Positions 61,778-64,000 of a stretch of 64,000 nucleotides of DNA are shown here, in pieces. The position numbers and the translations under genes are program-made. The notes under the pieces were generated by a model. The model was not told the origin of the DNA and did not search any database. It saw only the letters and a program-made list of their open reading frames with translations. Position 1 is the stretch's first letter; each line of letters starts with the position of its first letter. Source of the DNA: Tubiluchus corallicola (lineage: Eukaryota > Animalia > Priapulida). The stretch is from contig JAQGDQ010000042.1 in NCBI GenBank assembly GCA_030141605.1, positions 744,001-808,000 of the forward strand, written 5' to 3'.

Positions 61778-64000
61778 CTGCAAATTAAATTGAAAGCAAG
61801 CGGTTATAATATTAATGTAAGTGCAAATCTACCGGAATTCTAGCCAAGTGACTCGTACTTCCGGGTAAATAGATAATGTATTTTTATTGTCCGAAGGACT
61901 CGAACCAAATCGCTACTCGTCTGAATGTTGTTTTTTTACTGTTGTTCTTGTCGTTGTTGTTGTTGTTCTTTTTGTTGTTAATGTTGTTTTTAATTTTATT
62001 GGGGATAATTTTTTTAAAAAAGCTTAAGGCTTTGCCAACTGGCAATAAACCTGTACAGGAACATACTAGAAGAAATTGGGCATCGACTAACGGAATTGGA
62101 TTTTCGACCCTCCCATTTGCGTGCAAGATCGCGGCGAAAACATTATTTCGGAAAAAACTAAGGTTCCGCCAGTTCGCAACGGATCGTCACAAACTTGACA
62201 AGGGTGTACTAGAACAAATTTCGCACGTGCCATCTTGAATTCTAGATATCAGCAATAACATCATTTTCGAGAAAAGATTAAAGCCCCAGCAATGGGCTAC
62301 GAATCCTCATGAAACTCTACAAATATATTAGGGCTAATTTGATGTTGACTCACTGATCGGATTTTCGATTTGCATCTTAAATTTAAGACGGCGGCACTGA
62401 CGTAATTTCTAATCCACGATCTTGAGTTCAGCGAGACCCTGGACCAATAGTTCGAGTTGAACTTGTTTAGTGCCATAAGCTTCGAGGCCCAACATGAGAG
62501 TAAATTGAGAAATAGTCGAGTTTTGTAAATTATCATTCCATTAAAACCTAAAAATTAAAAATGTTATAACGCTGTGGAATTTTGAAGAAATGTTTGAGAA
62601 ATTTGCGGAGTGTAGAACTGTATAATCTTGTACTGCCCAACGTTGAAGCCGATGAAGCAGGTGCGTTTAACAATACTGGCCAATGCTTGAACTTGCTAGT
62701 TGGCTTTATTTCAATGTAGTAATTAAACTACTTTTGTTATCTTTTAATTTATACCACGTTTAAAGCCTACATATTTTATTAAAATTATTAGTGGTAGGTG
62801 CCTACGTGACAGTTTTCGTGGTTACAGAACAAGACACTAGAAAATTGTCCAAAAGACCGGAATTGAGCAATTTTGTGCATTTTTCTTCATTTCACCGGTT
62901 CAACTAAATAGCAGTAATTAGTTAAAAAACCCAACAATCCCCTATTTTCTCTGTAGCCGCAGAAGTAGTAAATAATGAACCTATTTCATTTTATTGTTGT
63001 GTCTTTACAAAAGCTCAAGTTTCTTCACGATTAAGAGAATTGGAAGTAGTCTATTGGAATCTTGGTGAGGTCGTCGTGTTGTCAGTTTAGGTTCAAAACA
63101 CATCTTCTTCTACTATAAGCTGAGAAATGACGAGAACTTAAAGGTCACATTTCGCATTTTTTTCTTTTTAGTTCACTAAACTAGCAACTACTGGCGTAAA
63201 ACGCATCATACATTATGAATCTCACCTACAGCAGAGATTTAGCCTTCCAAATCTTCTAAAAAGTTAAGGGATATAGCTTTAGTAGTATTTGTAGGTGAAC
63301 TGAGAAAAGACAAAATTCAGCTAAGTATGAAATTTATTAGCATTAGCACTTATTTAAAATGAATTGTTCAGCGATATCTTCACTGCACAGTTTTACTTGC
63401 ATTTAAAGTAAATAGCATTGCACAAGCAAAGCAGAAAAATGAAGCACTTTTTAAGTTGTTAATATAGTGATAATAGTAATTTATTGACAAATGCCCAAAT
63501 AATATCATTTTACACCACCAAAACGTCTTTGGCAACGAACAACATTAGCTTACTGTTAAAATCAAAAATTATATAATTAATTATAGAACTATCTTATTTC
63601 CAAAGAAATCAGGGTACACATCTCGCTGTAATTTCCCTGAAAATATTCGCCTAATTCTTATTATTAGCTTTGCGTAAACAACCACAAAATAACTGGCAAC
63701 TTTTCTATAACTTAAGTTGTAGTTTGTGGAACAAAAAAGTATCAGCAGCTTAGGATAGCTTCGTTTGTACTCACTAAAAAGTTTTAATTAGCATTTCACT
63801 CATTATTTTATCACACATTTCTGAGTCAAAATTTAACATTTGTACAAAACAGGTGGAAAACGTAGTAAAGCCTCATCTAAATTTAATAGGTTCAGTAATT
63901 ACATTCTTAACATATGCGTTTCATGCTGAAGTTGATTACCACAATTGCATATATGGAAGGTTAATCACACACTAGAAAATTAAGTATCTGTCACAATTAC

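Noticed and set aside
61876-62238. 120-aa ORF with a hydrophobic stretch
   Set aside because: The Leu/Phe run comes from a (TTG)n-like simple repeat next to repeat-like DNA; there is no recognisable domain.
63226-63299. Upstream coding exon of the METTL7-like gene
   Set aside because: Splice-like signals are present on the minus strand, but all three frames contain stops and there is no family similarity. At most a UTR exon.
1-64000. The six genes as a functional cluster or operon; the many 60-110 aa ORF-track entries as genes
   Set aside because: Functions are unrelated and orientations mixed, as in an ordinary animal gene neighbourhood. The short ORFs are shadow frames of real exons or AT-rich noise.

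Overview
AT-rich, intron-containing animal genomic DNA; an invertebrate bilaterian, possibly a lophotrochozoan (inference). I assembled six protein-coding genes by hand from GT-AG splice sites with consistent phases. They are: (1) the 3' ~1900 codons of an NCoR/SMRT corepressor (+); (2) ALKBH4 (-); (3) NDUFAF2/mimitin (+), head-to-head with ALKBH4; (4) a 9-exon clathrin heavy-chain paralog (+) of about 472 aa; (5) a UBR1/UBR2 N-recognin E3 ligase (-) with almost all of its 5.4-kb CDS in one exon; (6) the last two exons of a METTL7/TMT1-like methyltransferase (-). The clathrin paralog encodes only the N-terminal beta-propeller plus the start of the linker, carries a ~108-aa Cys/His + Ser/Arg-rich insertion, and stops cleanly. 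Introns and intergenic DNA hold decayed transposons (CRE-type RLE retroelement, hAT and Tc1/mariner-like elements, a foldback, tRNA-derived sequence) and several local duplications. The best candidate for an undescribed system is the stand-alone clathrin terminal-domain gene. All homology statements come from recalled family motifs; no database search was run.
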